A stretch of DNA of 52,514 bases, from assembly GCF_001194135.2 (NCBI RefSeq), contig NC_069006.1, positions 25,334,566 to 25,387,079 on the forward strand. Reading direction: 5' to 3'. The DNA comes from Octopus bimaculoides (Eukaryota). The position numbers were made by a program, and so were the translations under genes. The notes under the pieces are model-generated. The model made no database searches, was not told the origin of the DNA, and was given only the letters and a program-made list of their open reading frames with translations. Positions 49,930 to 52,514 of the stretch are shown here, piece by piece; the first letter of the stretch is position 1; each line of letters begins with the position of its first letter.

Positions 49930-50225
49930 ATTAATGAGGGCATGTGGGACGGGGTCAGTGAGGTGAGGACAGCATGGTGTGTGGTTTGAATGAGATCATG
50001 AGGATGTGTTTGTGTGAAGTAATTGAGATAACGAGAAAAGTCACAGCTCCATAATGGTTGTGGGTTTCATGAAGTGATGAGGACATGTTGTGAGGTTCGT
50101 AAAACCTTTAATGAGGGTATGATGTGTGGAGTTATTGAGATAACGAGGACTTGGTGTAAGTTTAATGAGATAAGAAGGACATGGTTTGTAGGTGTGATAT
50201 CAGATAACAAGAACACATTGACCAT
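49930..50225. repeat. Degenerate ~31-bp array (tgagataacgaggac core)
   Basis: Recurrent gagat(a/c)a..gagga units. Confidence 0.6.
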
Positions 50226-50442
50226 AGTCCTATAATCAAAGATGCTCCAGCTGGTGACCATCCCATCTTTTTTTTTTTTTTCAGATAAAGTCTATCTGGG
50301 ATTGTCATTCGTCAGTGTGCCCATCCTCTTTCTAAGGTGACAGATTTGTTATTTGTGGTAGATTTGGGTGTTATTTCTAGCAGGTCAGGCGAATGAAGTT
50401 CACCTCATTAGCATGCATACATATACTGACATATACTGACAT

Positions 50443-50474
<32 letters not shown>

Positions 50475-51598
50475 GACAGGTTTCTGTCTCCCAAATCCAC
50501 TCACAAGGCTTTGGTCAACCCAAGGCCATAGTAGAAGGCATGACACTTGCTTTGGGAAGCAAGCTTCTTACCACACAGCCACGCCTATGCCTATATACGT
50601 ATAAATATATATACACACATAAAATTAATACTAAAAGAACATTCTCATACAAATAAACGACAATTATTAATTAACATAATGTATGCGTTTGTGCTTATAC
50701 TCACATCCATACACACATTTGCATATTCTGTCCACAGATGTGTGAAAGTAGCATGACTTGGTCTTCTCTGCTGTCTCTCATGCATTGTGTAACCAGATAC
50801 ACACACATGCACATACGCACGCGCGCGCACTGATACATATGTGCTTATACATGCAGACTCATAGACACACACATACACACGCAGAATGAATTGACAGACA
50901 GCAACATTGCTAATAATAAATGGAAAACCTTGTTCATTATTGTAGCATGAATAAAGACAATGGTAAGAGCTGCGATAACAACAACAGCATCATTACCACC
51001 GCCACCACCACCACCACCACTACCACCGCTGCCGCCACTATTACCAACAGCAGCTCTCATCCCGTGAATGTTAGCAAGGGAGCTAACCCAATATTAACAA
51101 TAACAACTATAAATCTAATAATAATAATAATAATAATAATAAACAAGAGCATTCAGAGAGCACAAACCTCCACCAGAGCAACACTAACGACCTCTCAACA
51201 ATTAGCCAGTGTCACTTGACTGGCTCCTCCTGTGCTGGTGGCACGTAAAAGCATGCACTACACTCCCAGAGTGGCTGGCATTAGGAAGGGCTTCCAGTTG
51301 TAGAAACCTTTCGAGATCAGATTGGAGCCTGGTGTAGCCATCTGGCTTGCCAGGCCTCAGTCAAACCATCCAACCCATGCCAGCATGGAAGGCAGACGTT
51401 AAATGATGATGATGATGATGGTGATGATGAGGATATGATAAGCTTCTTCTGTTTCCATCTACCAAATCCATTCACAAGGCTTTGATCAGCCTAAGGCTAT
51501 AGTAGAAGACACTTGCTCAAGGTGCCATGCAGTGGGACTGAACCTGGAACCATGTGGTTGGTAAGCAAATTTCTTACCACACACCTACACCTGTGTCT

Positions 51599-51642
<44 letters not shown>

Positions 51643-51760
51643 ATATAANNNNNNNNNNNNNNNNNNNNNNNNNNNNNNNNNNNNNNNNNNNNNNNNNNNN
51701 NNNNNNNNNNNNNNNNNNNNNNNNNNNNNNNNNNNNNNNNNNNNNNNNNNNNNNNNNNNN

Positions 51761-51819
<59 letters not shown>

Positions 51820-51834
51820 AACATACACACATGC

Positions 51835-51872
<38 letters not shown>

Positions 51873-52514
51873 TATATATGTGTTAATTCTGTTGAAATAT
51901 CATTCTCTCTTTAAAATCTCAAAGTGTTACTGTCATTACTCACTCCCTCCGAACTCATTTTTTTTTCCCTGCAGCAAATATTGTCTTTTTTTCTTTACCA
52001 ATTCCAGTTGTCATACATATTCCGTAATGAATTTCTTTGAAACATCTCTGGAAAGTGTCAAAACTAATCTTTCCACCAAATCACAAACAGTAATGAACAA
52101 AGCATCTTTCAAAATAAACCAAAACAGAACAAAATTAAATTAAATTAAGAATCATTTTAAGATTTACAAACAACAATATCCACACAGATGAACTATCAAC
52201 GCCTATATTCTACAGAATTACCATTATATATCTGTTCTCTCCCCTCTCTGTCTATTTCTCTCTCTCCTATATTTCTTGGGTGTATACAGACAATGGTATT
52301 GTGTTCAATATAAGAATACAGGAATGTTGGATGTATTTAATTTTAAATTATCTCTTTTATAATGAATTCTGCCACTGCTAATTTACCTCAACAAGGCATT
52401 AAGCACCTTGTTTATTTAACCCTTTCAGAATCGGTGCCTCTGAGAGTGTCCGTATCTGAAGAGTTTAGGTTTAGAGTTAGAACCAAACGTATATATATGT
52501 ATATATATATATAT

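Overview
Eukaryotic, AT-rich, draft-assembly DNA with ten N gaps, extreme microsatellite density and many SINE copies. The repeat types look like an octopus (coleoid cephalopod) genome; this is inferred, not searched. I can support only one protein-coding exon: a minus-strand exon at 18868-19374 (CDS 18868-19321). It has clean splice sites, an Asn/Ser/Gln/Pro-rich N-terminus, and ends at what looks like the start of the BAH domain of RERE/Atrophin-2 (EGL-27). The rest is most likely that gene's large introns and 5' region, with a CpG-rich putative promoter or non-coding exon near 34.5-36 kb. It also holds several SINE families, remnants of a maT/Tc1-type and a mariner transposon, MITEs, an R4/Dong-like LINE remnant and several old minisatellites. 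Best leads: (1) inverted SINE copies bracket the AUG-containing exon, an architecture typical of circRNA formation and A-to-I editing; (2) a bipartite SINE carries an internal microsatellite; (3) a pre-miRNA-sized hairpin at 38474-38544; (4) a near-consensus CTCF motif. Almost all other ORFs in the track are microsatellite or gap artefacts. There is no CRISPR, rRNA or true tRNA. All alignments and identities were done by eye, and repeat boundaries are approximate.
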